The notes under the pieces were generated by a model. That model had not been told where the DNA came from. It saw nothing but the letters and a program-made list of their open reading frames with translations, and ran no database searches. A DNA stretch of 41,160 nt from Planctomycetota bacterium (GTDB taxonomy: Bacteria; Planctomycetota; UBA11346), in contig JBBQSO010000045.1 of NCBI GenBank assembly GCA_038213805.1, forward strand, positions 1 through 41,160, given 5' to 3'. Position numbers and translations under genes: made by a program. This document shows, piece after piece, positions 10,501 to 18,123 of the stretch (within the stretch, counting starts at the first letter, position 1; each line of letters opens with the position of its first letter).

Positions 10501-13500
10501 TGGCGGCGGCGCTGCCGGTGAAGGTGACGCTCTGGCAGACGCCGTTGCCCGCGGTCAGTGACGGTGTGGCCTTGAAGGTGCCGCTACCATTGCCGATCTG
10601 CACGTCGTTGTTGAGCGTCGGCACTGCACCCGTGCTCCAGTTGGTCGCGTCATTCCAGTCGGTGCTGGTTGTACCGTTCCAGATATCGGCAGCGTCGGCG
10701 ACCGTGATGGTGATCGCGGTGGCGCTGCTGGACAGCGTCAGGATGTAGCCGTTGCTACCAGCCTGCACGCGCTGCAGCGTACCGCCGCCGGTGATCTGCC
10801 AGGTCGCGCCGGCAAGGCCGCTGGTCGCGGTGATCACCGGGTAGCTGCCGCCCACGGTGAGGTTGGCGCCAACCGCCGTCATGCTGATGGAGTTGGTCCC
10901 GCTGGTCGTCGCGCCCAGCGTCGCCGCCAAGGTGTCCGGGCCGGCGCTGCCGATGTTGAAGTTCAGCGTCGCGCCGCTGATCGTCAGGGGCGTGCTGGCG
11001 AAGCTGGTGTTCTGCTGCAGGGCGACGGTGCCCACCGCGCCATCGGTCATATCGTAGACCGTCCCGGAGCCGAGCGTGAGCATCGACCCGAGCGTCCCCG
11101 CGCCCGTAGTGCCGATCGCCAGGGTGCTGCCGGATGGATTGGGCGCGAAGGTCGCGCCACTGCACACCGTGATCGCGGTATTGCCGAGGCCCGAGCCGCT
11201 GGCGAGCTTCAAGGTGCCACCAGCTGCCGTGGTGGTGCCGGTGTAGGTGGCCGTGCCGCTGAGGGTGAGCGTGCCCGCCCCGCGCTTGACCAGGCCACAG
11301 GCCCCGCTGACGGTGCCGCTGAAGGTCGTGCTGGTGCCGTTGAAGCCGCTGATCAGGCTGCCATCGGTCAGCTGCACGGTGCCCGCGCCGGCCAGCGAGC
11401 CGATGATCAGGTCGGGCGTCAACGTGGCGTTCGCGGTGGTGATGTCGACCATGGTGGTGTTGCCGGCGCCGCTGATCTGTGCGTTCAGACCGTATCCGCC
11501 GCCGCCGTTGTAGAATGCCACTGCGAAATCGTGCGCTCCCGTGGTTAGCGCTAGAGACCCGGTCCGGGTGGTGAAACTCTGGCTGAAATTGTTGTTCACC
11601 ACCACCGCCCCATCGACGAACAGCACTGATCCATCGTCGCTGCCAGTATTGAAGGTGTAGGTCCCAGCGGTGCCAATGGTCAATCTGCCGCTGTAGATCG
11701 CCTCGAAAACCGGTGATCCGCTGTTGTAGGGCGAGGGGAAGCTGGTGCCGGAGCTGCCGAAATTCATGTTCGTCGCGACGTTGGCCAGGGCCATGGTCTG
11801 GCCAGAGAGGTGTGTCTGGAGCGCGGGCAGCGAAGCGAAGTTGCTGCCCGTAGCCGTGACGTTGAAGTAGCGCGCCGACAGTCCGTTGCCGCCGGTCACC
11901 GCAAGGGTTGCACCCGTCGCGACGGTCACCGCACCGGTGCCGAGCGCGCAGCCGCTCGCCTGCAGCGTGCCCTGGCTGATGGTGGTGGTTCCGGTGTAGG
12001 TGCTGGTGCCGTTCAAGGTCAGCGTGCCGCTGCCATTCATCACCACGGCGCCGACACCGCTGATGACGTTCGACGCGGTGACCGCGTCCGAGCGTGCGAA
12101 AGTCAACGTGGCATTGTTGATCACCGCTCCGGAACCGAACGTCCCGGCTGTGCCCCCGGCACCGATCTGCAGGGTGCCCGCGCTGATCCGTGACGATCCC
12201 GTGATAGTGTTGGTGCCGGTCAGGGTCAGCGTACCGGTGCCGAGCTTGGTCACGCCGTTGCCGCCGGAAATGACCCCGCTGAACGTGGTACTGGTGTTGT
12301 CGCGACCGACCACGAGATCGCCGTTCGTCAGCACCACGCTGCCCGCACCGGCCAGGGAGGCGACCTCAAGGTGGGCGGGGGCGACGCTGGCGTTGGCAGT
12401 AGTGATGTCGACCATGGTCACGTTGCCCGCGCCGCTGATCTGCGCGTTCAAGCCGTAGGTGCCGGTCCCCTGGTAAAAGGCGACCACCAGATCGTGAACC
12501 CCGGCGGTCAGGCTGATGGACCCGGTCCTGGTGACGACGCCCTGGAAGAAGTTGTTGCTCACCACCACGGTGCCATCGACGAACAGCATCGATCCGTCGT
12601 CGCTGCTGGTATTGAACGTGTAGGTCGCGGTCGAGGCGATGGTCAGCTTGGCGCTGTAATAGGCCTCGAAGTTGGTCGCGCCGCTGTTGTACGGGGACGG
12701 GAAGCTGCTGCCGGTGGTGCCGAAATTCAGCGTCGTGGCGTTGGTGATTGCGGCCAGGGCCTGGCCGTTGAGGTGTGTCTGCAGGGTGGTGAGTGCGGCG
12801 AATTTCGGATTGACGTTGCTGCTGTTGCTCGGCGTGACGTTGAAATAGCGGCTGGTGACGCCCGCGCCGCCGGTCGCGGTCAGCGTGGCTCCGGCGCTGA
12901 CCGTCACCAATCCGGTGCCAAGCCCAGTACCCCCGGCGTTCACTGCACCCTGGCTGATGGTCGTGCTGCCGGTGTAGGTATTGTTGACCGACAGCGTCAG
13001 GACGGTGCTGGCACCGCTCACCGTCAGGCTGCCCGAGCCGCTCAGGATGCCGCCGAGGGTGAGGGGATCGGTGGCGCACGAGATCACCGGCGCACCACTG
13101 AGGATCATTGCGAGGTTGATGACTTGCGTCGCCGCGCTGCTGTTGGTCAGGTTGCCGGCCAGAGTGATGGAGTTGCCACCGATGGTGAAGGCGGTCGCGC
13201 CCGCGCTGAAGGTGATGCTCGCGAAGCTCGTGGCGGCGGTCAGGTCGTTGTTCGGCGTCGCCCGCGTCGTGCCCGCAAAGACCAGCGCGTCACCGGCGAT
13301 CGGCGCAGTACCGCCCCAATTGGCCGCGGTGCTCCAGTTGTCGTCGCCGCCGCCACCGCTCCACGTGACGGTTGCCGCATGCAGCCCCGTCTGGGCAGTC
13401 AGGGCGAACAGCAGGATGAGGAGCCACCAGGACCGCCCGCCACGCCCGGGCCGCGACGCGGCGTCAACGGACGCCGCAGAGCGTTCGCAAGGGGTAACGA

Positions 13501-13525
13501 TCTTCCTGTGGGGGACAAAGCGCAC
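1595..13525 (-). CDS. Giant secreted passenger-associated beta-strand-repeat (autotransporter-passenger-like) adhesin with 2 PA14 domains and 1 legume-lectin-like domain
   Basis: 3990-aa ORF rich in G/T/S/A with dozens of LTKxGxGTLTLSGxNTYTGxTTVSAGTL repeats. Signal-peptide-like stretch RGGRSWWLLILLFALTAQTGLHA/ATVTW. PA14 motifs YTFNTSSDDGSMLFVDG and YTFNTGSDDGSVLFVDG. Lectin motifs ADGAAFILQ and AFVGFSGGTGG. Start uncertain (GTG 13525 or GTG 13567). Confidence 0.9.
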   Translation of the reverse strand: MRFVPHRKIVTPCERSAASVDAASRPGRGGRSWWLLILLFALTAQTGLHAATVTWSGGGGDDNWSTAANWGGTAPIAGDALVFAGTTRATPNNDLTAATSFASITFSAGATAFTIGGNSITLAGNLTNSSAATQVINLAMILSGAPVISCATDPLTLGGILSGSGSLTVSGASTVLTLSVNNTYTGSTTISQGAVNAGGTGLGTGLVTVSAGATLTATGGAGVTSRYFNVTPSNSSNVNPKFAALTTLQTHLNGQALAAITNATTLNFGTTGSSFPSPYNSGATNFEAYYSAKLTIASTATYTFNTSSDDGSMLFVDGTVVVSNNFFQGVVTRTGSISLTAGVHDLVVAFYQGTGTYGLNAQISGAGNVTMVDITTANASVAPAHLEVASLAGAGSVVLTNGDLVVGRDNTSTTFSGVISGGNGVTKLGTGTLTLTGTNTITGSSRISAGTLQIGAGGTAGTFGSGAVINNATLTFARSDAVTASNVISGVGAVVMNGSGTLTLNGTSTYTGTTTISQGTLQASGCALGTGAVTVATGATLAVTGGNGLSARYFNVTATGSNFASLPALQTHLSGQTMALANVATNMNFGSSGTSFPSPYNSGSPVFEAIYSGRLTIGTAGTYTFNTGSDDGSVLFVDGAVVVNNNFSQSFTTRTGSLALTTGAHDFAVAFYNGGGGYGLNAQISGAGNTTMVDITTANATLTPDLIIGSLAGAGTVQLTDGSLISGFNGTSTTFSGTVSGACGLVKRGAGTLTLSGTATYTGTTTAAGGTLKLASGSGLGNTAITVCSGATFAPNPSGSTLAIGTTGAGTLGSMLTLGSGTVYDMTDGAVGTVALQQNTSFASTPLTISGATLNFNIGSAGPDTLAATLGATTSGTNSISMTAVGANLTVGGSYPVITATSGLAGATWQITGGGTLQRVQAGSNGYILTLSSSATAITITVADAADIWNGTTSTDWNDATNWSTGAVPTLNNDVQIGNGSGTFKATPSLTAGNGVCQSVTFTGSAAAIGAGGGTLTIGAGGITASVAGSSIACPVALGASQTWTSTVNAMSVSGVISGAFALTKTGSGAVTLSGANTFSGGVTLSAGSLNINNAAALGAAAGTFTIASGTTIDNTSGGAITIAANNPMAWSGDFTFTGSNALNLGTGATALGAAVRQVTASASTLTVGGVVSGTGGVNKTGSGTLALNGADTFTGGVTLTAGTLAIGNAAALGAAASTFTIAGGTLDNTSGGALTIANNNPQSWSGDFTFTGTNALNLGTGAVALGAGTRQATVAASTLTVGGIVSGTGGVTKLGGGTLTLNGANTFSGGLTLSAGTLNIGNAAALGGSASTFTIAGGTTIDNSSGGALSIANKNPESWTGDFTFTGTNALNLGGGAVALGAATRQVTVAASTLTVGGMIGGTGGMTKAGSGILALSALNTYTGATTILAGTVSLVRTSVTGFGTTGTGWTLNGGATVASDVLTLTSNASNQARSAFFNTKVAEAGFTATFQYQASGNKAADGAAFILQNSAVTSLGASGGQLGYSGITPSVALAFNLFATNTTGTRYFTNGTVTSAYTTNSPVVLTSGDPIAVTLTYDGTANLVETLTDLTTSSTFSTTLAVGTIATTLTSANAFVGFSGGTGGSTSTQTISNFIYTSGGALPAATALAIASGATLDLGGCPQTLGSLADSGGFGGTVTNSGSVDAVLTVSGSASTTFSGVISDGGTNKSAVTRGGTGSLTLSGTSTYTGATTVSGGTLVVTGATASGSAATVSTGGTLAGTGTVAGTVTMGATGTLAPGTGGTTISTLTTGTLSGNATSIFSVDLDGVGPTSDRATTAGTVTCAGTLTVASAGNAALGSVYTIVSAGTVTGTFAGLVNGAMTTQQGRTFQIAYTGTAVTLTDVARPTTRVWDGGGANNNWTTAANWDFDLAPVAGEDLQFAGSTRTSPNNDFAAATSFASITFNSGASAFTVAGNAITLAGAVTNGGTALQRLNVALAVAATRTVDAASGDLALGGVVSGVGGLTKAGTNILTLSGANTYSGATTVSAGTLTNGAAGVIADTSAMTVASGATWNLANFSETVGSLAGAGSITLGSATLTCGGDATSTTLSGVISGTGAVAKAGAGTMTLSGANTYTGATTVSAGTLTDGAAGVIADASAVTVSSGATWNLNNFNETIGSLAGAGSVSLGTATLTCGGDNTSTTYSGVTSGSGNVTKTGTGTYTLSGTSTMTGKYVFSGGVVSASSTAVFGPAPGALVADYFTMSGGGLLITTTTTGNALRGITLAGGGGSLSAGAGLTFTEATVIAGTGTLTTGSNGTGIVALSGANTFTGAVAVVGSTLRNAAANVVPDGSAVTVSSGATWDLNNFSETIGSLAGAGNVTLGSATVTCGGDNTATTYSGVMSGSGGMSKAGTNVLTLSGVNTYTGATTVAASGGTLAIGSAGSLGSGSYAGNISLGTGTTFRYASSAAQTLSGIISGAGALTKDTDASSVLTLSGTTANTYTGVTTVSGGVLILQKTVGVNAIAGNISIGDASGGDVLRLGASDQISDTSVITFTSGGSGNSAKFELNGYLETVAGITSNANQASVIQDTESGGPAGPNAPSILTVSNTVDFIYDGLIRNNNGGSGSLSLTKSGTGTLTLRCGFLTGQVKYTGATTINGGTLVLDGLAAFASATTVNSGGTVAGNATTTAAITLASGGTIAPGLATGAIATLTTAGVTSVAGSTYAVDLDGTGPTADRITSSGIVALASAALTVASNTNSGAGKSYTIVSGSSVTGTFSGMANGSTFVQAGRTFQIVYTATSVTLSDVTGVANGTKTWNGGGADGNWTTASNWVGGIAPIPGDSLIFAGSTRLTNANDFGAGTSFNSITLAAGGGAWAMSGNALALSGGAPAFANNETSNTSSFAPNITFTTAAPTIATTAGGTTTIIGTMNNGAFLLTAACAGPTTISGVISNAGGLTKTGGGTLTLSGVNTYTGSTTISAGTLTNGAAGVIADTSAVTVASGATWNLANFDETVGSLAGAGSITLGSATLTCGGDATSTTLSGVISGTGAVSKTGSGTMTMTGASTYDGATTVSAGTLDISGGGSLIGTLSLITQSGGSATITNGTVTLASSASSVCGVGYAAAGTGTITVNAGGSLSVGNGGGRVFVGGSNGGAPFGTGVLTIAGGTVTVGAAGAFPNDKVYLAGFGGVGTINLDGGTLSTQRTFGNGSASVIIHLNGGNLQAGAALANLANSGNVPVDVRNGGAIIDTNGFAVSISGVMSHSTVGGDNATDGGLTKNGSGTLTLSANNTFTGTVTVNAGTLSTAAGNTSTGAVGSAAGVVVNNGGTISVTGDNAFTGSTSTSKTIQINAGGVVTSTGTSSNHLNAVVLNGGTLSATTANGSFGNWNFDQGVSTLGGGTTSTISGGNATLGQTGGATFAIAAGDAVNVSTVIALTGSGADTGLIKSGSGTLTLSAANTYASATAVSAGTLLVTGSLASGSAVSVGNTATLGGTGTVAGTVALAAGATLAPGLGGTAIGTLTTGSVTCNAASTLSLDLDGTTPTNDRVTTAGTVACAGTLTVASNANAAVGKVYTIVSAGTVSGTFSGLATNTVFTQAGRLFRIAYTATAVTLTDIAPVLTARQTLDADGNGHLDRIRLTFDMALNDDTSALTVTVAGYTVTGFSTGAVANDNQIDVLLTELGAGDTGATPAVRITANTSLKHTLGSGVVQVEGSATAATDAAAPVLLSTAWTDGGTGGVSAGDTVTLTFSESVTATAMTVADLGLPVTSDTLSTTTIANQTGTTITMTLAGSPRLTPGGTYSAAATGAAKPSGVFVASGAHLQDAVGLAPATGNAASALDLGPGTSTVAIAWATGSDPRTWALGAMTVGTTANSITSSVDLTVQDTGDCNVDLSIASAATAPSSWGPAASAGANAYLMKADTSAAASGAPTDPTSYALTLTTSAQTLTSGLLSGATSAYALYFQAPTSISSGSATQQTIVISITAALAP

Positions 13526-13567
13526 TGTATGGAAGTATAGCCTGGGAAATGGCCTGGAGCAAAACAC

Positions 13568-13730
13568 GGGGCTCGCTCAGGGGGCGAAGTTACCCGGGCT
13601 TGGCGCGCACCCCGTCCAACGTCCAATAGTCGATGCATTCGGGCCCTGCAGGCACGCGGTGTTTGACCATTAGAATGCATCGTAACTCAAATGAAGGAAG
13701 TTGTTTAAGTATAAAAATGAAATTCATGCG
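13568..13730 (-). promoter_or_regulatory. AT-rich upstream region of the giant adhesin gene with inverted repeats
   Basis: AT-rich tract 13660-13727 (e.g. GTTGTTTAAGTATAAAAATGAAATT) in a ~70% GC context, and a perfect 10-bp inverted repeat CGATGCATTC (13631-13640) / GAATGCATCG (13673-13682). Confidence 0.45.
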
Positions 13731-13827
13731 GGGTCCCCGGGTGCGCCTCGCCCTCGCCCAGCAGCATGGGCGATGGTGCCCTGGACGTTCAGACGCATCG
13801 CCGGGTTGTTTGCGACCCCACCACACC

Positions 13828-14673
13828 TCAGTCTGCCGCGCGCCTACCACCGATCACCAGCGCGATGCCGCCCAGGACCAGCCCCGTTGCGAGCAGCAGG
13901 GTGGACGTCAGCGGTTCCCCGAGGAAGGCCACGCCGCCCAACGCCGTCAGCACCGGCACGCCGAGCTGAGCAGTGGCCGCCTGGGTGACCTTCAGCCCGG
14001 CGATGGCGCGGTACCAGATGACATAACCGATCCCCGAGGTCAGCGCGCCAGATGACACCGCGAGCAGCGCCCCGGTCGCGTCCATGGTCAGCGAGGGCAG
14101 CAGTCCAGCGGCCAGCGCCACGGCGAAGGGCACGGCGCGGTGGAAGTTGCCGGCCGTCGCCGCCGCCGGATCGGCGGCGCCGCGACCGCGGATCGAGTAG
14201 ACGCCCCAGGCGGCGCCCGCCACCACCATCATGCAGGCGCTCGCCACGGGCGGCGCGGCGAGGCCGGGCAGGAACAGCAGCGCCAGACCGGCGAGCGCCA
14301 GCAGCAGGCCGAGCGCTTGGCGGACGTGCAGTCGTTCGCCGCGCGCGAGACCGTAGCCGATCATCGTCGCCTGCACCGCGCCGAACAGCAGCAGGGCGCC
14401 GGTGCCGGCGGGCAGGCCGACATAGCCGAATGAGAAACCGGCGGCGTAGGCGAATAGCGCGAGCCCCGACAGCCAGCTGCCGGCCTGGGTCGTCGGCGCG
14501 CCACGCTGACGCAGCAGCAGCCACAGCATGAGCGCGCCACTGACCAGGCGCAGCACGGTGAAGCCCGCCGGATCGCAGTGCCCACCCCGCAGCGCCAGCC
14601 GGCAGAGCAGGGAATTCCCAGCGAAGGCGCTGACGGCGAGCGCGGTAAGGATGAGAGTCCGACCACGCGGCAT
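13828..14673 (-). CDS. DMT/EamA-family transporter
   Basis: About 10 hydrophobic helices. N-terminal AFAGNSLLCRLAL, GTGALLLFGAVQATMI, SGIGYVIWY and AATAQLGVPVL motifs. Start placed at MPRGRTL (14673) because the upstream extension looks non-conserved. Confidence 0.9.
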   Translation of the reverse strand: MPRGRTLILTALAVSAFAGNSLLCRLALRGGHCDPAGFTVLRLVSGALMLWLLLRQRGAPTTQAGSWLSGLALFAYAAGFSFGYVGLPAGTGALLLFGAVQATMIGYGLARGERLHVRQALGLLLALAGLALLFLPGLAAPPVASACMMVVAGAAWGVYSIRGRGAADPAAATAGNFHRAVPFAVALAAGLLPSLTMDATGALLAVSSGALTSGIGYVIWYRAIAGLKVTQAATAQLGVPVLTALGGVAFLGEPLTSTLLLATGLVLGGIALVIGGRRAAD

Positions 14674-14880
14674 GCAGCGCTCCAGGCCCGGCAGCAGGAA
14701 ACGCCGCGGACGATCCTGGTTAGCCGGCTTCCGCCGTCTGTCGAGTCGGGATGCGCCGCAGCCCCGGCCCACGCTTCACGACGTAGGCCGCAGTCTTCGT
14801 CATGGCAATGCGCGAAGATTTAAGCGGAACGCCCACATCGCAGTCGCCAGGATGTCCGGCACTTCGCACGTCGCCGCCCC

Positions 14881-17013
14881 TCATCGCTGCCCCGGCTTCC
14901 ACTGCCAGAACAGCCCCTTCGCCATCCACACTTCCTCGGCAAAGATGAGATACGTCCCATCCGCCCGCTTATGCGTCTGCACCCCATCGTTCATGTCCAA
15001 CCACCCGGTGGTGCAGCCGACGTCGGCCGTGGGCAGCAGACGGCCGATGCGCTTCCCGTCGGCGAGCCGGTAGACGTCGACCGCGATGGCCTCGGACTGC
15101 CACGTGGACGCGACGAAGGCGTAGTCCTCCTCGAAGCTCCAGGCCTTGGGCGAGGTGCTGACCTCGCCCTCGGGGGGCAGCAGGACGCTGCGCCATGCCA
15201 GGTGGGGCGTGCTCGACCAGTGGTCGAAGCGCAGCAGCTCGGCACCGCAGGACATCTGCTCCCAGCCACCGCCCGGGAAGGGGTGCTCGTCGGTCCACGC
15301 GCCGATGTACATGCGATCACCGACCGGATCATAATTCAGCTTCGAAAGCTGGCGCAGACCGCCCACCGTGGGGATGGGCGTGCTGCGCGCCTTGGCCACG
15401 TCCCACTGCGGCACGCCGGCGTGGTCGACGCCGGTGCACGGGATGATGGTGATCGCGCCCTTGCCCGCATCCCAGCCACCGGTGTTGACCACGATGTCGC
15501 CGCGCTCGTCAAGGCGCACGGCCTGGCTGCCCGCGGGCGCAGCGACGTATTCCTCTGCCTGCATCAGCCCGTCGCCGTTGCGATCGACCCACAGGAACGG
15601 CCCCTGCGGATGATGGGGCGGCCAGATGGCTTTGCCTGCGTGGTCCTGCACCCCGTTCGGCGCGTACATCGCCGCCGGCACCGCGATCTCGCCGGCGAAG
15701 CGCCACGCAAAGATCGCCGCGTCCATCTGCTGCTTGGCGAACAGCACCTTCGTCCCGCCGAGACGCAGCACGCGCATCGCCAGGAAGGCGTCGACGCGCA
15801 GGCGGGGATCTTCGGGCCAGCGCAGCGGATCCAGGGTGATCGCCGCATCGCTCCAGCCCGCACCTGGCGGCTTGGTGTAGTCGATGGCGTAGCGGTGGCC
15901 ACTGGAGTAGACGTTGCCATCCGCGCCCGGATCGGCGTCGCCGCAGCTTACGAATTCGGTGCCCTGGCGCACCCAGACCAGCCGCCGCTGCGCGTCGAAC
16001 TTCCAGATCTTGCCGCCGTAGTCCCAGCAGCCGACGTACAGGCTGCCATCAGCCCCGCAGGCCAGGCTGGTGATGCGGAAGAAGCGCCCAGGCAAAACCG
16101 CGCCGGGCGTGGCGCCCAGGTAGATGGGGCCGCCGAAGTCCGCAGCGGCGACGCGCTCGCCCGACGGCACGCGGTAGCGCTGGATGCGTTGGCGCGCCGG
16201 GTCGCCATCCGCGACCAGCAGGTCGCCTTCCGGGGTCACCGCCAGCGCCACCGGATGCAGACAATCGGCGATATGCGTGCCCAGGTCACGGCCGTCGCGG
16301 CCGATGCGCCGCACCGCGTGGGCCTCGCCATCGATGACCCATAGCGCGTGTTCCGGCGTGGCGTCGATCGCGATCCGCCCGGCGTGGGCGCAGGGGAATT
16401 CGCGTACCTGATGCAGGTCGGCGGTGGCGTAGACCACGATGCGCCCCGCCGCCGGATCGGCGACGAACAGTTCGCCACCCTGCACCGCGACGCCAGACGG
16501 CATCTGCACGTGGTGGCCGTTGACAGCGAGGCGGTGACCGGACTTGCCGCCCGCGAACGGCGCCGGCTTCCCCGCGCGGGTGTAGCGCGCGATGCCGGCG
16601 AAATCCTCGCCGCCACCGTCCCCGGGATCATGGCCCATGGCGTAGTAGACGTACGTGTCGTCGACCGCGACCGCCGCGCCACCGCGCCAGCCCCAGCTGT
16701 GCCAGCCTTCGGGGGTGGCGACGTGCGCGCCGTCGGTGCTGTAGACGTTGGTCTCGCCGCCGCGCTCGTCCCAGCCAACGATGGGGTAGACGCGATCGCC
16801 CGCCACGGCGAGGTCGTCGACACCCTGCATCATCCAGCGCGCCTCCCCACTCTTGCCGCCCGCGAAGGAATTGCCGAACCAGTACGTGCGCTCGGCAAGG
16901 TGCGGCGCCGTGGCCACGTCGACCTCCGCCGCCGTCGCTGCGCCCACGGTGGTCAGCGCGGACAGCACGAGCAGCGCGCGGCGGAGCGGATGCGGCGGAT
17001 GGTGCAGGGGCAT
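14881..17013 (-). CDS. Secreted NHL/SMP-30-like beta-propeller protein
   Basis: Signal peptide (RRALLVLSALTTVGAATAA). NHL-like blades PSGVAVQGGELFVAD, HPVALAVTPEGDLLVAD and ITSLACGADGSLYVG. EF-hand-like DRNGDGLMQAEE. Lies 12 bp downstream of the GntR gene. Confidence 0.7.
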   Translation of the reverse strand: MPLHHPPHPLRRALLVLSALTTVGAATAAEVDVATAPHLAERTYWFGNSFAGGKSGEARWMMQGVDDLAVAGDRVYPIVGWDERGGETNVYSTDGAHVATPEGWHSWGWRGGAAVAVDDTYVYYAMGHDPGDGGGEDFAGIARYTRAGKPAPFAGGKSGHRLAVNGHHVQMPSGVAVQGGELFVADPAAGRIVVYATADLHQVREFPCAHAGRIAIDATPEHALWVIDGEAHAVRRIGRDGRDLGTHIADCLHPVALAVTPEGDLLVADGDPARQRIQRYRVPSGERVAAADFGGPIYLGATPGAVLPGRFFRITSLACGADGSLYVGCWDYGGKIWKFDAQRRLVWVRQGTEFVSCGDADPGADGNVYSSGHRYAIDYTKPPGAGWSDAAITLDPLRWPEDPRLRVDAFLAMRVLRLGGTKVLFAKQQMDAAIFAWRFAGEIAVPAAMYAPNGVQDHAGKAIWPPHHPQGPFLWVDRNGDGLMQAEEYVAAPAGSQAVRLDERGDIVVNTGGWDAGKGAITIIPCTGVDHAGVPQWDVAKARSTPIPTVGGLRQLSKLNYDPVGDRMYIGAWTDEHPFPGGGWEQMSCGAELLRFDHWSSTPHLAWRSVLLPPEGEVSTSPKAWSFEEDYAFVASTWQSEAIAVDVYRLADGKRIGRLLPTADVGCTTGWLDMNDGVQTHKRADGTYLIFAEEVWMAKGLFWQWKPGQR

Positions 17014-17025
17014 GGAAACCTCGGA

Positions 17026-18123
17026 TCAGGTGGTGATGAGTCGGGGTGCGATCATGCGCAGCTGGGGCGCTTCCGGCAGTCGGCCGGCGATGCGCTCTTC
17101 AAGCAGCGCGGCCATCGCCGCGCCAAGCGCGGCATTGTCCTTATCGACACTGGCCGCGGGCGGCACCGGGCAGCGCGCGCGCTGCGGCACGTCGTGCCAA
17201 TAGGCGTCGTAGCCCACCACCTGCACGTCGACGCCTGGTTCGCGCCCGCAGCGGCGCAGCGCCGCGCAGATCGCCGGCACGTGGCCATCGGTCAGCGCCA
17301 ACACCGCGTTCGGCGGTTCCGCTCCCAAGAGGTGCGGCGCGAGGTGGCCGGCGATGGTCAGGACGAGATCATCGAAGTCATCCAGGTGGTGCCGCCAGCG
17401 CACCCACGCCACCGGTGGCGGCGCGCAGCCGGCCTCGCGCAGCGCGCGCTCGTGCCCCGCGCGACGCCGCTCGCGCCACGGCTGGGTTTCCCCTTCCGCC
17501 CACACGCACAGCTGGCGCCGGCAGCCGCGCGCCAACAACCATGCGCTCAAGGCGTGCGCGCCGGCTTCGTGGTCGGAGCAGACGCGGTCGCAGTCCGCCG
17601 GCTCCTCGCCGAAGATCACCGTCGGGATGCCGGCGCGCGTGAAGGCGGTCGCCGCCGTGGCCAGGCGCGCGTCGGTCACGCCGCTGATCATCGCCTCGGG
17701 CAGCAGCACCCCGGCCGGCCGCTCGCGCAGCACGCCGGCGATGGTCGCCGCATCGGGGATGCCCACGCTCGGGATCAGCACATCGCGGCCGAGCGCGCGC
17801 AGCGCGTCCAGCGCGCCGAGGTGCAGGAAATCTCCCCAGCCGCCGCTGCGCCCACGGTCGCCGACCACAACGCTGCTGAACAGGCGCACCGCGCTGCTCG
17901 CTGCCACTGGCTGCGGCGCGACCAGGCGCGTCTTCGCGCCGGCGGCCTGGATGATGCCTTCGACGCTCAGGCGGGAGAGCGCCCAGCGCAGCGTGGTGCG
18001 GCTCACCGCGCAGTGCTCAGCCAGCTCACGTTCCGGAGGCAGCGGCTGCCCAGCTGCCACGGGTCCTGCGGCGATAGCGCGCAGCAGGCGGAGAGCGCGG
18101 GCACGTGGGCGTTCGTCAGACAT
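17026..18123 (-). CDS. GntR-family regulator with LacI/periplasmic-binding-type effector domain (AraR-like architecture)
   Basis: N-terminal wHTH LPPERELAEHCAVSRTTLRWALSRLSVEGII. C-terminal VCSDHEAG, ALTDGH, PGVDVQVVGYD and ASVDKDNAALG motifs of the LacI sugar-binding fold. Confidence 0.9.
   Translation of the reverse strand: MSDERPRARALRLLRAIAAGPVAAGQPLPPERELAEHCAVSRTTLRWALSRLSVEGIIQAAGAKTRLVAPQPVAASSAVRLFSSVVVGDRGRSGGWGDFLHLGALDALRALGRDVLIPSVGIPDAATIAGVLRERPAGVLLPEAMISGVTDARLATAATAFTRAGIPTVIFGEEPADCDRVCSDHEAGAHALSAWLLARGCRRQLCVWAEGETQPWRERRRAGHERALREAGCAPPPVAWVRWRHHLDDFDDLVLTIAGHLAPHLLGAEPPNAVLALTDGHVPAICAALRRCGREPGVDVQVVGYDAYWHDVPQRARCPVPPAASVDKDNAALGAAMAALLEERIAGRLPEAPQLRMIAPRLITT

Noticed and set aside
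1325..13673. Many + strand ORFs (e.g. 1325-3265, 9744-10748, 12371-13540) opposite the giant gene
   Set aside because: Antisense shadows of a repetitive high-GC gene, with V/P/L- or R-rich translations and no family motifs.
13568..13827. Possible c-di-GMP riboswitch upstream of the adhesin
   Set aside because: The GEMM consensus elements could not be found by eye on the coding strand.
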